Source: Zancudomyces culisetae HAW-14-8 (lineage: Eukaryota > Fungi > Kickxellomycota). From it: a stretch of DNA of 64,000 nt. The stretch spans positions 1,054,001 through 1,118,000 of the forward strand of contig JBNJNM010000009.1 in assembly GCA_052426225.1 (NCBI GenBank). Reading direction: 5' to 3'. The notes under the pieces are model-generated. The model worked only from the letters and a program-made list of their open reading frames with translations. It searched no databases and had not been told where the DNA came from. The translations under genes and the position numbers were made by a program. This document shows positions 11,992 to 23,505 of this stretch, piece by piece (position 1 is the first letter of the stretch; each line of letters starts with the position of its first letter).

Positions 11992-14337
11992 ATGAACAAG
12001 AATAAAATAGGACATTATACGATCGTGAAAACGGTGGGGTCGGGGTCGTTTGGAAAAGTCAAAAAGGCGATACATGACTATACACTACACCAAGTGGCAC
12101 TTAAAATAATTAAGCGGGACAAGCTGTCACATTCGGATATGGTGGGGCGGGTGAACCGAGAAATCCAATACCTCAAGACATTACGGCATCCACATATTAT
12201 TAAGCTGTATGAAGTGATAAGTACGGCGGATGAAATCATAATGGTGATGGAGTTTGCGGGAGGGGAGTTGTTTAATTATCTAGTTGAGAAGGGTAGGATG
12301 AGTGAGGTGGAGGCACGGCGGTTTTTCCAGCAGATTATATGTGCGGTAGAGTATTGTCATAAGCGGGGAATAGTGCATCGGGATTTGAAGCCGGAAAATC
12401 TGTTATTGGACAGTTTTGATAATGTCAAGATTGCGGATTTTGGGTTGAGTAATATAGTAAAAGACGGAGAGTTTTTGCAGACAAGTTGCGGAAGTCCAAA
12501 TTATGCAGCACCAGAGGTGATTAATGGCAAGTTGTATGCAGGACCGGATGTAGACGTGTGGTCATGTGGAGTGATATTGTATGTGATGTTGTGTGGGAAG
12601 CTACCGTTTGATGATGATAGCATTCCGGCGTTGTTTAAAAAGATTAGTAGTGGGATATTTAGTATTCCGAGCCATGTGAGTGGGGATGCGAGGGAATTGA
12701 TTAGACGAATGTTGGAGGTAGATCCAGTGAAACGAATAGGAATAGAGGAGATACGGGAGACACGATGGTTTAATGAAGGGTTGCCGGGGTATTTGGGGCC
12801 ATTGCCGGAGGAGGTGGACACGATGCAGTTGGAGGTGGTGAGTAGCGAGCTGGTAAGTGAGCTGGAGAAGAATTTAGGGCTGAAACGGGGAGATATTATG
12901 GTGGGGTTGCGGAGTGCAGGGAATAACCACATAAAGATATCGTACCAGTTGTTGGTGGACAATAAGCATGTACTGGAGCAATCTAAAAAGAGTGAACAGA
13001 CAGGAATCCACAACTTTGCATTGGCGACGTCGCCACCACCATGGAACACAGGAGGAGGCGGAGGAAGGATAGGAATGGCAATCCAGCCAGCGAAACATAT
13101 AGTGGGGATGAACAAGATGCAGGTGGAGGAAGAGGAGGATGGAACATCGGGAGTAGCAGTGTTGGGGACCAGCATTCCAAAACAGATGATGATGGGAGGA
13201 GGAGGAGGGTCGAACATGATGATGATGATGGGAAAGAAGAATGGAGGAAGTAATCAGAATGTTAGTCGATCATCTAATACGCCAACACCACCACCAGGAG
13301 GAAACTATTTCCGAGTAGCACTTCCAAACCTGACTCCATCACAAGCATCATCTCAATCGCAGTTATATTCTACAACACCAACAAGTCCAGGAATAGGAAC
13401 AGGAACAGGAGCAGGAACAGGAGCAGGTATAGGGGCAGGTATAGGGGCAGGTATAGCAGCAGGTATAGGGGCAGGAGCAGGAGTAGGGACGTTGGGAGGA
13501 GTGGCAGGCAAACGAAAAAATCGTACTAGACCACGATGGCATTTTGGAATCCGATCTCGGTCCTCCCCAGTAGATGTAATGAGCGAGATATACCGAGCAT
13601 TAATGTCGCTGGGAATGGTGTGGAAAGTAATAGATTTATATCACATCCGGGCCAAATACATATACAGTGCATCGTTTAGTGTTAAATTGGACTTGCAGTT
13701 GTTTTCGGTCGATGCCAAAAGCTATTTAGTCGACTTTAAAGTACATATTCCAGACTCGTGTACTAGTATTAACCCAAACAATATAGTAACCAATAGAAGA
13801 AATAGTCTGAGTCACGTGACCAACAGTCTAGGCACAAGCATTCCCATTCCAAACGATATCCACCACATAATTGGCGATCCCAAGACTGTATCCGCTACTC
13901 CATCCAATCCAAATGCACTGGAAATTGCTGCATCGGCATCGTCCATGTCTATGCATCGTAAGGGGTTGGCGTTTGGGTTACCAGTTCCTGAATCATTGCC
14001 AACTGCTGATCCTACAACGATTGATCCTATTATAGCCAATTCCACAAACATAGCATCATTAATGTCTGGGTCCGGATCTGGATCTGGATCTGGAATAAAT
14101 GCTGCTTTATCTTTATCAAGTAAACAAGGAATTGATATTTTGTCAAGTCAAAATCAAAATCAAAATCAAAATCAAAGCTTAAACCAAAACTTAAACCAAA
14201 ACTTAAACCAAAACTTAAACCAAAATCAAAATCAACAACAAGCACTTCCATTTGCGGACCAGGGACAATTATTTAGTATTTTGCCATACCTTGATGTGTG
14301 TACAAAGCTGATTAAAGAACTGGCAGTTCCTACATAG
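11992..14337 (+). CDS. SNF1: AMP-activated protein kinase catalytic subunit Snf1 (intronless)
   Basis: GSGSFGKV, HRDLKPEN, DFGLSN..GEFLQTSCGSPNYAAPE, a UBA-like region and the C-terminal RWHFGIRSRS adenylate-sensor domain. Confidence 0.97.
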   Translation: MNKNKIGHYTIVKTVGSGSFGKVKKAIHDYTLHQVALKIIKRDKLSHSDMVGRVNREIQYLKTLRHPHIIKLYEVISTADEIIMVMEFAGGELFNYLVEKGRMSEVEARRFFQQIICAVEYCHKRGIVHRDLKPENLLLDSFDNVKIADFGLSNIVKDGEFLQTSCGSPNYAAPEVINGKLYAGPDVDVWSCGVILYVMLCGKLPFDDDSIPALFKKISSGIFSIPSHVSGDARELIRRMLEVDPVKRIGIEEIRETRWFNEGLPGYLGPLPEEVDTMQLEVVSSELVSELEKNLGLKRGDIMVGLRSAGNNHIKISYQLLVDNKHVLEQSKKSEQTGIHNFALATSPPPWNTGGGGGRIGMAIQPAKHIVGMNKMQVEEEEDGTSGVAVLGTSIPKQMMMGGGGGSNMMMMMGKKNGGSNQNVSRSSNTPTPPPGGNYFRVALPNLTPSQASSQSQLYSTTPTSPGIGTGTGAGTGAGIGAGIGAGIAAGIGAGAGVGTLGGVAGKRKNRTRPRWHFGIRSRSSPVDVMSEIYRALMSLGMVWKVIDLYHIRAKYIYSASFSVKLDLQLFSVDAKSYLVDFKVHIPDSCTSINPNNIVTNRRNSLSHVTNSLGTSIPIPNDIHHIIGDPKTVSATPSNPNALEIAASASSMSMHRKGLAFGLPVPESLPTADPTTIDPIIANSTNIASLMSGSGSGSGSGINAALSLSSKQGIDILSSQNQNQNQNQSLNQNLNQNLNQNLNQNQNQQQALPFADQGQLFSILPYLDVCTKLIKELAVPT
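14149..14235 (+). repeat. Coding CAAAAT and AACCAAAACTTA tandem repeats (NQ/NQNL) in the SNF1 C-terminus
   Basis: 6-nt and 12-nt tandem units are visible. Confidence 0.8.
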
Positions 14338-17300
14338 TTAGTAACAGTCGTTGCATTATTTCTAGTAAGCTTCCGTTACCACTAGTGTTTTTAATTAATG
14401 TTTTAGTAATATTTGTTGTGTTTAGATTAAAGTTATTATTGTTATTATTATTATTATTGTTATTGTTGTTGGATAAATGGTCAAGCAAGTCTATCTGGTT
14501 TATTAAAACCATTTGGTAATCTTTGATTATCAAGTCATATGATCTTTCGGTGATATATTCCATATTGCATACATAATATTCCTTGGAATGACTGTTATCA
14601 TTATTTTTGTCTTTATCCGGTTGATTATTTAGTCTTAAAATTGGACTATATGATTTGATATTCAGTCCATCATCAAAACCATCAAAGCCATCTAAACCAT
14701 TATTAGTATTAGTGGGTAGTGATGGTTGTCCTGATGATCCCAACACATTTTGAATTTTATTTTCCAACATTTGTTTCAATTCAACATTATCGAGTATATT
14801 ATTATTTTCTTGAATACTACCAGTAGTAGTAGCATCAGCATCAACATCAGCATGAGAATCAACTGAACGAGTATTTACTTTTAAATCAAAGTTTAGTTGT
14901 GGACATGCTAGGTAATAACTGTCACTTTGATTTAAGGGTGAATACTTTTTGAATTCAATTCGTTCGATTTTACCCAAATCTACATTATATTCCACCCTAA
15001 TTATCTGATCACCGTTGATATTGTTATTATCATTGTTAATGATATTTGTATTATAACTAATCAAATCCATTTTAACCATTCGTTGGGTTTTGGGATTACC
15101 TAGTTTGATGTATTTGATTAAAGGTAAATATATTTTGGTATCGTTATAAAACATGTAGCCTTTTCTTGTTTTCTTTAATGATCTTTTACCACCACCACCA
15201 CCACCACCAATAATAGTAGTAGTTTTGGATTCAGAGATGTTATTCGATGTTATATCGAATAATAATGCTCCCAGTTCCACACTTGAAATGTTTTCTTGGT
15301 CTATTGATAATAAATCTAGATTTGCTGTTACCATTTTAGAATTTGCTGTTGTAATTGATTCTGGTTTAACTTTGTATATAATATGGTCATTATTGATACC
15401 ATCTAATAGTAATGAAGGGCTTGAATGTTCTAGAGTATTACTAGCAGTTTGGTTTACCTCTACCAAACGATGATTGTAGATTTGTGCAAGGTGTCCAGCA
15501 GAATAAGATATAGATGATGATGATGACGATGACGATGACGATGACGATGATGATGATGATGGGTTGGTAGATGTTGTAGTAATCGGATTAATTGAATAAT
15601 TGGACTTGATGAATTGTAATTTGCTGGGTATTGATTCATTACCACCAAAACTATCACCAAAACTATCATCAAAATCAAAATCAAAATCAAAACCATTACT
15701 ACTGCTTTGATTGGTATTGGTATCATCAAATTCGCTTTGTAGTTTGTGAGTTTGTCCATATCGTTGTCTCTTGTCCAAATATGTAAATACATAATATAGA
15801 TTATTATCGCTTTTGTTTTTATTGCTCAAATGTCCAGATTTGTATTTGTTAATATTTTCCAGTCTTGAAGTGTATTCGGAAAATATACTTTTAAACAAAG
15901 TGTATATTTTGCTTTTTATAATATAATTTTCCTGAATACTGTTTCCAGTCCATTTAATTTCAACCACTTTTATCAGTTTTTCATTATTATTATTATTATT
16001 ATTATTATTTATACTATCTTGTTGTGTAGGGTTGTTAATAATTCTAATTTCCAAATTATCATATCCATTCAGTATGTTGTTTATAACGTTGTATTGTAGC
16101 TTGATTTTATCAAGTTCTGTTTTAAACTTGTCTAGTAACATATCAACATGTTTTTTTGTATCCCTTTTTTCAGCCAAATCTCCCATTTTTGATGATGTTG
16201 ATGATGTTGTTAATGTTGATGAAAATATATTAAATTCCATTTTCATTTGCATTTCATTTCGATAGATTTTCAAAATTTCCTTTTCTGCACTAGTAATCAT
16301 TTTCCCTTTACCACCACCACTAGTATTATTAGTACTATCATTTATCAATTCTATACTGTTTTCTTGATCGTTAAACTTGAGATTTGGATATTTCGAAACA
16401 TCTAGTTTTTGTTTGATTAAATCATAATTATCCCAGCAAAGTTTTATTTTTTTACTCTTGGTTTTGTAATCTGTTACTACAACCTGTATATGTTTATTCA
16501 AGTTATTTTCTCTACCATTATCATTATTATCCATGAGTTTGTTTTTATATTTTGTTTTTAAAGCCTTTTCACTCTTTCCAGTTTCATTTCCAGTTCCATT
16601 TCCAATCTTTAGTAATTCTTGTAAATCGTCTTCTTTTCTCGACTTTGCTGATGATCGTTCCAATGTCGGTTCTTCTGCTATATACCACTTGTGTAATTTT
16701 TTAATCATTCCTTCAATATCCATATTAATACCCCATACCCGCTTCATAATTTCTTCAATTACTTTTTGTTTGTTTAAGTTTCTTTTCTTCTTTTTCTTTT
16801 TCGCTTCCAGAACTCCCTCTTTTTCTTGTTCTCCTACTTGCCCCTCTTTTTCTTTGACTAATTCCTGATCATCAACATCTTTATTATCCATCAGTTTGTT
16901 CTTTTTATTTTTACTCACTGATCCGTGTTTGGTTTTATCACCAAATACTACTCCATTCAGTCTTGCGATTCGCTCCAACTGTTCCAGCGTATACTTGCGC
17001 TTAACTGCTTCGACAATTGCCTGTTTTTCTTGTTTTAGCTTGTTTCTATTGAGTTCAAAATATCTGGCTGCATTTGGCCCGTATTCTTGAATAAGTTCCT
17101 GGCTGCTTTTTGTCAGTATATACAAATTCGATCGTTTGTCCGGTCGATATTCTTCCAGGGTATCCTTTTCTACGTGTATCCACTGCTTTTCCTCGCTAAT
17201 CACCTGTCGCATTACTTTACGTTCCATTTCTAGCCGTAGTTTGCGCTCCTCCTCTGCTTGTTCTGGCGTTAATTGAATCTCCGGAGGGGTTTCCTCTACT

Positions 17301-17545
17301 ACATTGTTTCGCCCTTTACCCCTACCCACGCTTTTCTTTTCGACATTTCCTGTCTCTTTATTTTCTAGAAAATCCTTACGTTCCTGTAAAATATCTTTAC
17401 TAATAGATTTGCTTTTTTCCTTTTCCTTTTCCTTTCCTTCCTCATTCTTTTGTGATGACTGTTGGTGTTCATTTATAGTTCCATTGTGTCTTACAAAGAT
17501 ATTGTTCACTACTCTTTTTCCGAGTATAGTGCTTCTTTTCAACAT
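14330..17545 (-). CDS. Large mitochondrial protein, possibly Sls1-like, with low-complexity N/S/G tracts
   Basis: 1071-aa intronless ORF with a basic presequence-like N-terminus (MLKRSTILGKRVVNNIFVRHN). YTLEQLER and KVIEEIMKRVWG resemble Sls1 N-terminal motifs; the family call is tentative. Confidence 0.55.
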   Translation of the reverse strand: MLKRSTILGKRVVNNIFVRHNGTINEHQQSSQKNEEGKEKEKEKSKSISKDILQERKDFLENKETGNVEKKSVGRGKGRNNVVEETPPEIQLTPEQAEEERKLRLEMERKVMRQVISEEKQWIHVEKDTLEEYRPDKRSNLYILTKSSQELIQEYGPNAARYFELNRNKLKQEKQAIVEAVKRKYTLEQLERIARLNGVVFGDKTKHGSVSKNKKNKLMDNKDVDDQELVKEKEGQVGEQEKEGVLEAKKKKKKRNLNKQKVIEEIMKRVWGINMDIEGMIKKLHKWYIAEEPTLERSSAKSRKEDDLQELLKIGNGTGNETGKSEKALKTKYKNKLMDNNDNGRENNLNKHIQVVVTDYKTKSKKIKLCWDNYDLIKQKLDVSKYPNLKFNDQENSIELINDSTNNTSGGGKGKMITSAEKEILKIYRNEMQMKMEFNIFSSTLTTSSTSSKMGDLAEKRDTKKHVDMLLDKFKTELDKIKLQYNVINNILNGYDNLEIRIINNPTQQDSINNNNNNNNNEKLIKVVEIKWTGNSIQENYIIKSKIYTLFKSIFSEYTSRLENINKYKSGHLSNKNKSDNNLYYVFTYLDKRQRYGQTHKLQSEFDDTNTNQSSSNGFDFDFDFDDSFGDSFGGNESIPSKLQFIKSNYSINPITTTSTNPSSSSSSSSSSSSSSSSISYSAGHLAQIYNHRLVEVNQTASNTLEHSSPSLLLDGINNDHIIYKVKPESITTANSKMVTANLDLLSIDQENISSVELGALLFDITSNNISESKTTTIIGGGGGGGKRSLKKTRKGYMFYNDTKIYLPLIKYIKLGNPKTQRMVKMDLISYNTNIINNDNNNINGDQIIRVEYNVDLGKIERIEFKKYSPLNQSDSYYLACPQLNFDLKVNTRSVDSHADVDADATTTGSIQENNNILDNVELKQMLENKIQNVLGSSGQPSLPTNTNNGLDGFDGFDDGLNIKSYSPILRLNNQPDKDKNNDNSHSKEYYVCNMEYITERSYDLIIKDYQMVLINQIDLLDHLSNNNNNNNNNNNNNFNLNTTNITKTLIKNTSGNGSLLEIMQRLLLTM

Positions 17546-19940
17546 TTTTTTTTTCTTGTAATTTATGTGTTTCCAACCAACTAATTGAATATTTAGAGCA
17601 AAAATCTATATTATTGTCAATTTTTCTTTTACTCAATTCTAATTTACTCTCTAATATTGAATCTATAAAGTATACCACAATATATAAATAAAATTCCAGT
17701 GTCTAATCTTCAAACCAATGTTTCCAGGTAAAAGTATCAATTTTTATCTATTCTATGTTCTTGATCGTCTTTAAAAAAAACCCAATATTAAAACACTCGC
17801 GTGCTAAAATTTTCTGTGTTGATTTACACGCACTATCTTGGAATTGAATAAAAAATATATACTTGATTCAATTTTGATTCTCACAAGCCAAGTAAAAAAA
17901 TATAAAATAAAAAATAAAAAAACTTTAAATTGGTAGGAAAACCAAACAAGTAACTTTATACATTTATGAACAAGTGTATTGACTTGGGTATGCTATCCTG
18001 GTAAAGAAAAAAAAGAGACACCATCTACTACCCCGTACCCCATACTTCTCCCCCTCAAGAGTTGTTGAATAAAAACTCTTTTTTTTTCGATCAGGTGTTC
18101 ATTCATGTATACTATGTTCGGCTATCGTCTAGCTTGGATTTATGAGCTAGGCGAAGGTAGAGTAAGAAGAACTATGGTACTTCCCTGCTGAATGCAAAAA
18201 ATAGTGTTATCTGGTTGGTTATTTCTATAATTTCTCTCAATATATAGTTTAGAGATCCAAAAGCCAGGTTCCCCTTCCGCCGTCTCTTTTCCCCTCTAGA
18301 GGGTTCAACTTGTTTTTTCGACTGTCAACTGATTGCGATAAGCTTTATTCTAATATTAAGGTTACTGTCTAAAATAAGATACATGTGTTTGTGGCAAGAA
18401 GAAACCAAGTTTTATTAACAATTGAAATACCCAATAATCACATATTCATTTGTAATGTGTGTTATTTTTAGTATACTAGAGTATCCATATCTCTTATACT
18501 AGCAGCCATCACATCCGTATTAAGACAGATTTTGTATGTATACGAGAATGTATATTAGAAATAGTATTTTGCAAACTTCCACAACGCAAATACAAAGTGT
18601 TAGTTGGTGGAAATATCAAATCTTGGAATTTGTAAAAAGTCAGGTGAATACTTTGAGTTTTACTATAGTTTTGCATGTTTTACCAGTCTCAATTGAATTG
18701 GACAGATTTATTCACTAAGCTTTGTTTTTTTTTTTAGTTTGGGTGGTTTGCAAATAGTATGCACATCACACATAAAAGAGTAAATAGTCATTCCGAGTCA
18801 AAATCGATTCCTCAAATATGAGATTGAATGGTTTATTCAATTTTATGGTTCAATCATAAAACGAGGCTTAAAGGCAATTCAAATAAAAAAAGTGACCCTA
18901 CATACATTTCAAGTCCTTGTTAAGTGACCAAACTAGTTTTATAAGCTTAAAAAGCGTACATACAACATTTTTATTTTTTTGGCTTGATAAATTCAAAATA
19001 TGTTTTTTTTTACCTTTAATCTTCCAACCAAATGAGCTAAATCCAAAAGACCAATTTTGGTTGGATATTGCGGAAGAAGAGAGGGGGATTTTTTTGCATT
19101 ACACTTTTTTGTGCAATCCAGAGAGAAACTGCTGTGGCTATTGTCAACAATTTGGCTAATTTTTTATTTATTCTGGGGCTTTTAATGGAATGATTGGAAA
19201 GAGTGGTTGTGATTGTAGTGGTGGTGGGAGAAAGGGAGGTAAATCATTAAAAGTTAATTCAAAATTCTGGCAAGAGAAAGAAATATATCTGGGACAACTC
19301 GCTCCTAATACCTAATGTAACATGCCTAGTTTTGATGACAATTATGAGTTTGCCAGCTGGTCCAGGTGTTTAATGTACTACTAGTTTTTATATTGAGAAG
19401 GCAAGAATGAATGAATGAATGAGTTGCAAGGCGGTAGATATATGATAGTAAAGCCGAGTGAGAAAAGATATGACAAAAGCAGGAGAAAGTGTTCAATTTG
19501 AGTGTTGCAAGCAAATTTGCCAGAAATTTGATGACCGAGAGGGGGAGGGGAGGGGAGAATAATAGGAGAGAGGAGGAGAAAGAAGAGAAAAGGATGGGTG
19601 ACAAAAATTTTTTTTTCGCAGTATTGGTTTGAGTTTTCCTGCAAACTCTTGAGGATTTTCTTGGAAGCGATTAAAAAAAAAAAGTGCGATTTTAGAATTC
19701 ATTGCTTTGTCCCTTTAACTTTTTTCTTTAATTTTTTTTTTCACCTTGCCACAATAGGGAGTAGGAAAAGAAACAAAAAAAAAATTTTTTTTTCTCTAAA
19801 GGAAAACAGAAAAAAAAAATTACTAAATATATATTAAAATAAACATCTTTTATATTTAGGAAACAGAATATACTATTTACAAAATCTGTAAAGAGGAATA
19901 AACGGCAATACTCAGCTAGTCCAAGGAATATTTTATAAAA

Positions 19941-20313
19941 ATGTCTCACGAAAACGTCTGGAACTCAAGACCAAAGAAATACGGAAAGGGCTCACGCCAA
20001 TGCAGAGTATGTGCTCATCGCATGGGTTTGATCCGCAAGTACGGACTTAACATCTGCCGTCAGTGCTTCCGCGAAAACGCCTCAGCTATTGGTTTCACCA
20101 AGGTATGTTTGTTATTCTTGTTATTGTTGCTGATATACGAGGAAACGACTTTATAATTTAAACATTTGTGTACAACAAATTTGTGGAGTGGGAGGGAGGA
20201 GGAGTTTTCATATTGTGAAACGTTTTTGTTTGTATTTTTATGTATGTATGTGTGGTGTTTTGAGAATATATAAATCTAACAATGTCATGTTGATAATACA
20301 ATAGACCCGTTAA
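19941..20313 (+). CDS. RPS29: 40S ribosomal protein S29 (uS14), exons 19941-20102 and 20305-20313
   Basis: [24 protein letters not shown]...[15 protein letters not shown] donor leads to a 9-nt terminal exon ACC CGT TAA, giving 56 aa. Confidence 0.95.
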
Positions 20314-20973
20314 GTACATCACAATAAGAGGGGTCAGGGAACGAATGACGCTAGAAAAAATGTTTATGTTACAAGGCGGAATTTCGATAGCACCAAAATT
20401 TTGTGAAAGTATATTAATCCAAAGAAAAAAGGAAATATGGAAAATAAAGTATTTTTGATTTAAAGGGAAACATTATGAAAAGTTTACATGATATGATACA
20501 ATAAAAAAGTGAGGAAGGAGAATAGTTCTTTTGGGCTATTCGGAATTTTAAATCTATGGGAGTTTTTTTACTAAAAAAAAGAAGAATATCATAGATCTTT
20601 TTTTTTGAGGGGGGGCTCCAAGTTTTGATTTGATTTATATATATACATTTTTCTTGATTATTTATTGTTTTTTGTCTTGAATATTTTTTATCTTTTTGCT
20701 TTTGAAAAAAGAGTACTAGTTTTCCATGATCCTTCTTTTGTTTCACCTATAAATAAACTTTTATAACTAAACAGGCTCTCAACCGAGGTTATTAATGTAG
20801 ATTCTGAATAATATACGATTTAATGTCAGGATTTGTTATAAGGGTTAATTTTTGTGGTTCTGTTTATTTGTATTGGTTTATTGAAAATATCTCTATACAA
20901 GTAAAAAAAGAAGGAGGGGGGGGTATGAGGAACCAGGCAAAACATAAATAAATGGAGCGTTGGAAGGAATATA

Positions 20974-23505
20974 TCAAGATGAAAACGGAACCAGTGATCT
21001 CCACAGATTTATCAGGTGAATAGAGGTGCCATTATTGACCTGATAAGCAGCTTCGATAATAAACCCAACTGAATCTACAAGTTTAGATAAAGAAGAAAGA
21101 TCCATAGAGATAGGAAACTGTATTTTATGGTCTTCCTGTTGGCTTTCAACCCATGTTATAAACTCAACTATGGTGGAAGACATCCACAATCGCGAGTTGG
21201 CTGAGGAAAAGGGAATGATAACTTCATTTAGGCAACGCAAGATCTGGTCAAACGTACGTGTATCCGTAATTAGCATAGGGCATTTGGGTGGGCTTTTGAG
21301 TGAAAAGTATTCGAGAACTACTTTGATTAGATTCTCAGGTGTTAAGGGTGCTTCTCCATACCTAGAACATATGTGTGTTGTAAGATATTGTGAGCCAAAT
21401 ACCGACTGTAACGTTTGCCAAACCGAGGCAATAACTATAGAGTGCGAAGGATGTGCAAGGTGAAGAAGGATCGTGTATGCTAGAAGCCCTGAAGTTGTAA
21501 AATACTGCGGAAGTTTATGCTTGATATGCAAAATGTTGTTTGTACAGTGCTGACAGTGGTATGGGCTAGATAGAATTTTGGCAGTAAATGTTTCCATTGA
21601 ATCTGGCAGTATTTTTATTGGTGCAGGTACTGAACCCGTTGGAGTAAAGCTGGCAGGTGTGGTTGTGGTTGTAGCTGTGGCTGTAGTTGTGGGCGTAGGC
21701 GTAGGCATAGTTATAGTTATAGTTGTATCTGTAGCTGTAGTTGCAGGCGTAGCTGTGGGTATGGATGTAGATGTGGTAGGTAAAAGTGCACTAGATATCG
21801 TCGAGTTAGTACTGTTTATGTCATCGACTGAAGTATTAGTTCCAGTTGGAGAAACACCAGTCATTTTTGTGCCAGTGTGGTCATCTGTGCTTGCATTTTC
21901 TGTAGCAGCAGATAGTTTGGCAGTTATTGGTGTTGCATTTTTAATCTTTCTCTCTCGAATAGTTGTTGATATGTCCATAGCAGTACCATCGTCATTTTCA
22001 CTACCATTAATATTGCCATTACTATAGCTATTTTCATTAACACTACCATTCCTACTACTTTCAACAAAATTTGTGTCTCCTACTTGTTGTTCTCCAACAC
22101 CATTTGCAGTAGCAGTTTTTTTTTGTTGGTGCCAAGGATTTCTACCACCATCCCAATGCTTCCGTTTTAGCATTGGGTTGTTATTCTTTCCTCTCATTTC
22201 CCACATTTGATCTGCATATGTCCCACCCGATCCATCCTTTTTAACTGTTGAAGGATAGTTGGATTGTGGTGGTGGCGAAAAGCTTATCGAATCTAGGGCT
22301 CTTTTTCTAGAGTTATACTCATAGTCTCTCCTTTTCCGCCTGTTATCTTGAAATCCCAACCCTAGCCCGAATCCAAACCCAAAGTCATACCCAAATGTCT
22401 TTTTCTCTTTTCCTTTATTCTTGCCAAAAGAATGCTTCAGCTGATCAATCCGTTGATCCAGCGTCAATGCATTTTCATCGTCTGAGAACGATGCTGGCAT
22501 TTCCAGCCGATGGGCTTCATTTTTCTTCATTAATTTCTCATACTCTTTGAGATAGTCAGCCTTGTCCTCTTCATTCTGCTCTATCTCATTGCATATACGC
22601 CCCACTATATTCTGTGCATCATATCCGCTACCTTCACCTTGCTTCCCCACTACGACCTTGATCCCATGCACCTTTGCCTTTATTCTCAAGTTCTTGTCGT
22701 TTGTTAACAATGTCACGCTTTTCCCTTCCTTATCACTAAAATACCTACAACAATCCAAAATCTTGTCATCGCATTCAATATAAATTTCTTTTTTTTCTCG
22801 CAGGCGCATCTCCTCAGTTCGTTCATCCATCCGCTGTCCTCGCAAAACATCATATTCTTCATACTTGCCATTATTTGCCCCTTTTCCCTCTGGTTGTTCC
22901 TTTCCGTCCCTTGAGCAATCTTGGGCGTACCGCTCTGGATTATCCTGGACCATCAGTGCCCCATCCAAATATTTCAATGCTGCGTGCGCCTTTCTCTGTG
23001 TAATTGTGCTAGTCATTTCTTCCTCTAGTGCCATCGATACAGCTCTTCTACTTTTTGCTTTATTCAAGTTATCCAACTCTCCAAACACAACCCAAGGAAT
23101 TATTATCTCTAGCTGATTTTCTCTTTCTGTGCTTTCTTGACCTCCCTGGCTTTTCCTCCGCCTTCTTATCTTTGCACATAGTACTATGCTTTCAAATAGT
23201 GACAAGTTGTGAACTAAATAGTTTGTATCTACTACCGCAATGTACCCTTTTTTGATATTTTTTGATTCTTGTTTTTCTATACTTTCTACTTTTGCCGTGT
23301 TAGTTATGCCTACCATGTTTGTTGTATTTGTTGTGTTTGTTGTAATTGCTATAGTCGAGGTTGCTGGAGTTGCTGATGTTGTTGGTGTTGGTGTTGGTGT
23401 TGTTTCAGTAGTTGTTGTGATTTCCATATCTTCTGCGATCGTTTCCGTGCCAGCACTTTCGCTTTGACCAGCATTGACATTGTCGTTTTCGACCTCCTCC
23501 TGCAT
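20974..23505 (-). CDS. Swt1-like PIN-domain RNA endonuclease (5' end uncertain; first in-frame ATG at 23505)
   Basis: PIN motifs VVDTNYL, IPWVVFGELDNL, DDKILDCCRYF and LLTNDKNLRIKA. Confidence 0.8.
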   Translation of the reverse strand: MQEEVENDNVNAGQSESAGTETIAEDMEITTTTETTPTPTPTTSATPATSTIAITTNTTNTTNMVGITNTAKVESIEKQESKNIKKGYIAVVDTNYLVHNLSLFESIVLCAKIRRRRKSQGGQESTERENQLEIIIPWVVFGELDNLNKAKSRRAVSMALEEEMTSTITQRKAHAALKYLDGALMVQDNPERYAQDCSRDGKEQPEGKGANNGKYEEYDVLRGQRMDERTEEMRLREKKEIYIECDDKILDCCRYFSDKEGKSVTLLTNDKNLRIKAKVHGIKVVVGKQGEGSGYDAQNIVGRICNEIEQNEEDKADYLKEYEKLMKKNEAHRLEMPASFSDDENALTLDQRIDQLKHSFGKNKGKEKKTFGYDFGFGFGLGLGFQDNRRKRRDYEYNSRKRALDSISFSPPPQSNYPSTVKKDGSGGTYADQMWEMRGKNNNPMLKRKHWDGGRNPWHQQKKTATANGVGEQQVGDTNFVESSRNGSVNENSYSNGNINGSENDDGTAMDISTTIRERKIKNATPITAKLSAATENASTDDHTGTKMTGVSPTGTNTSVDDINSTNSTISSALLPTTSTSIPTATPATTATDTTITITMPTPTPTTTATATTTTTPASFTPTGSVPAPIKILPDSMETFTAKILSSPYHCQHCTNNILHIKHKLPQYFTTSGLLAYTILLHLAHPSHSIVIASVWQTLQSVFGSQYLTTHICSRYGEAPLTPENLIKVVLEYFSLKSPPKCPMLITDTRTFDQILRCLNEVIIPFSSANSRLWMSSTIVEFITWVESQQEDHKIQFPISMDLSSLSKLVDSVGFIIEAAYQVNNGTSIHLINLWRSLVPFSS

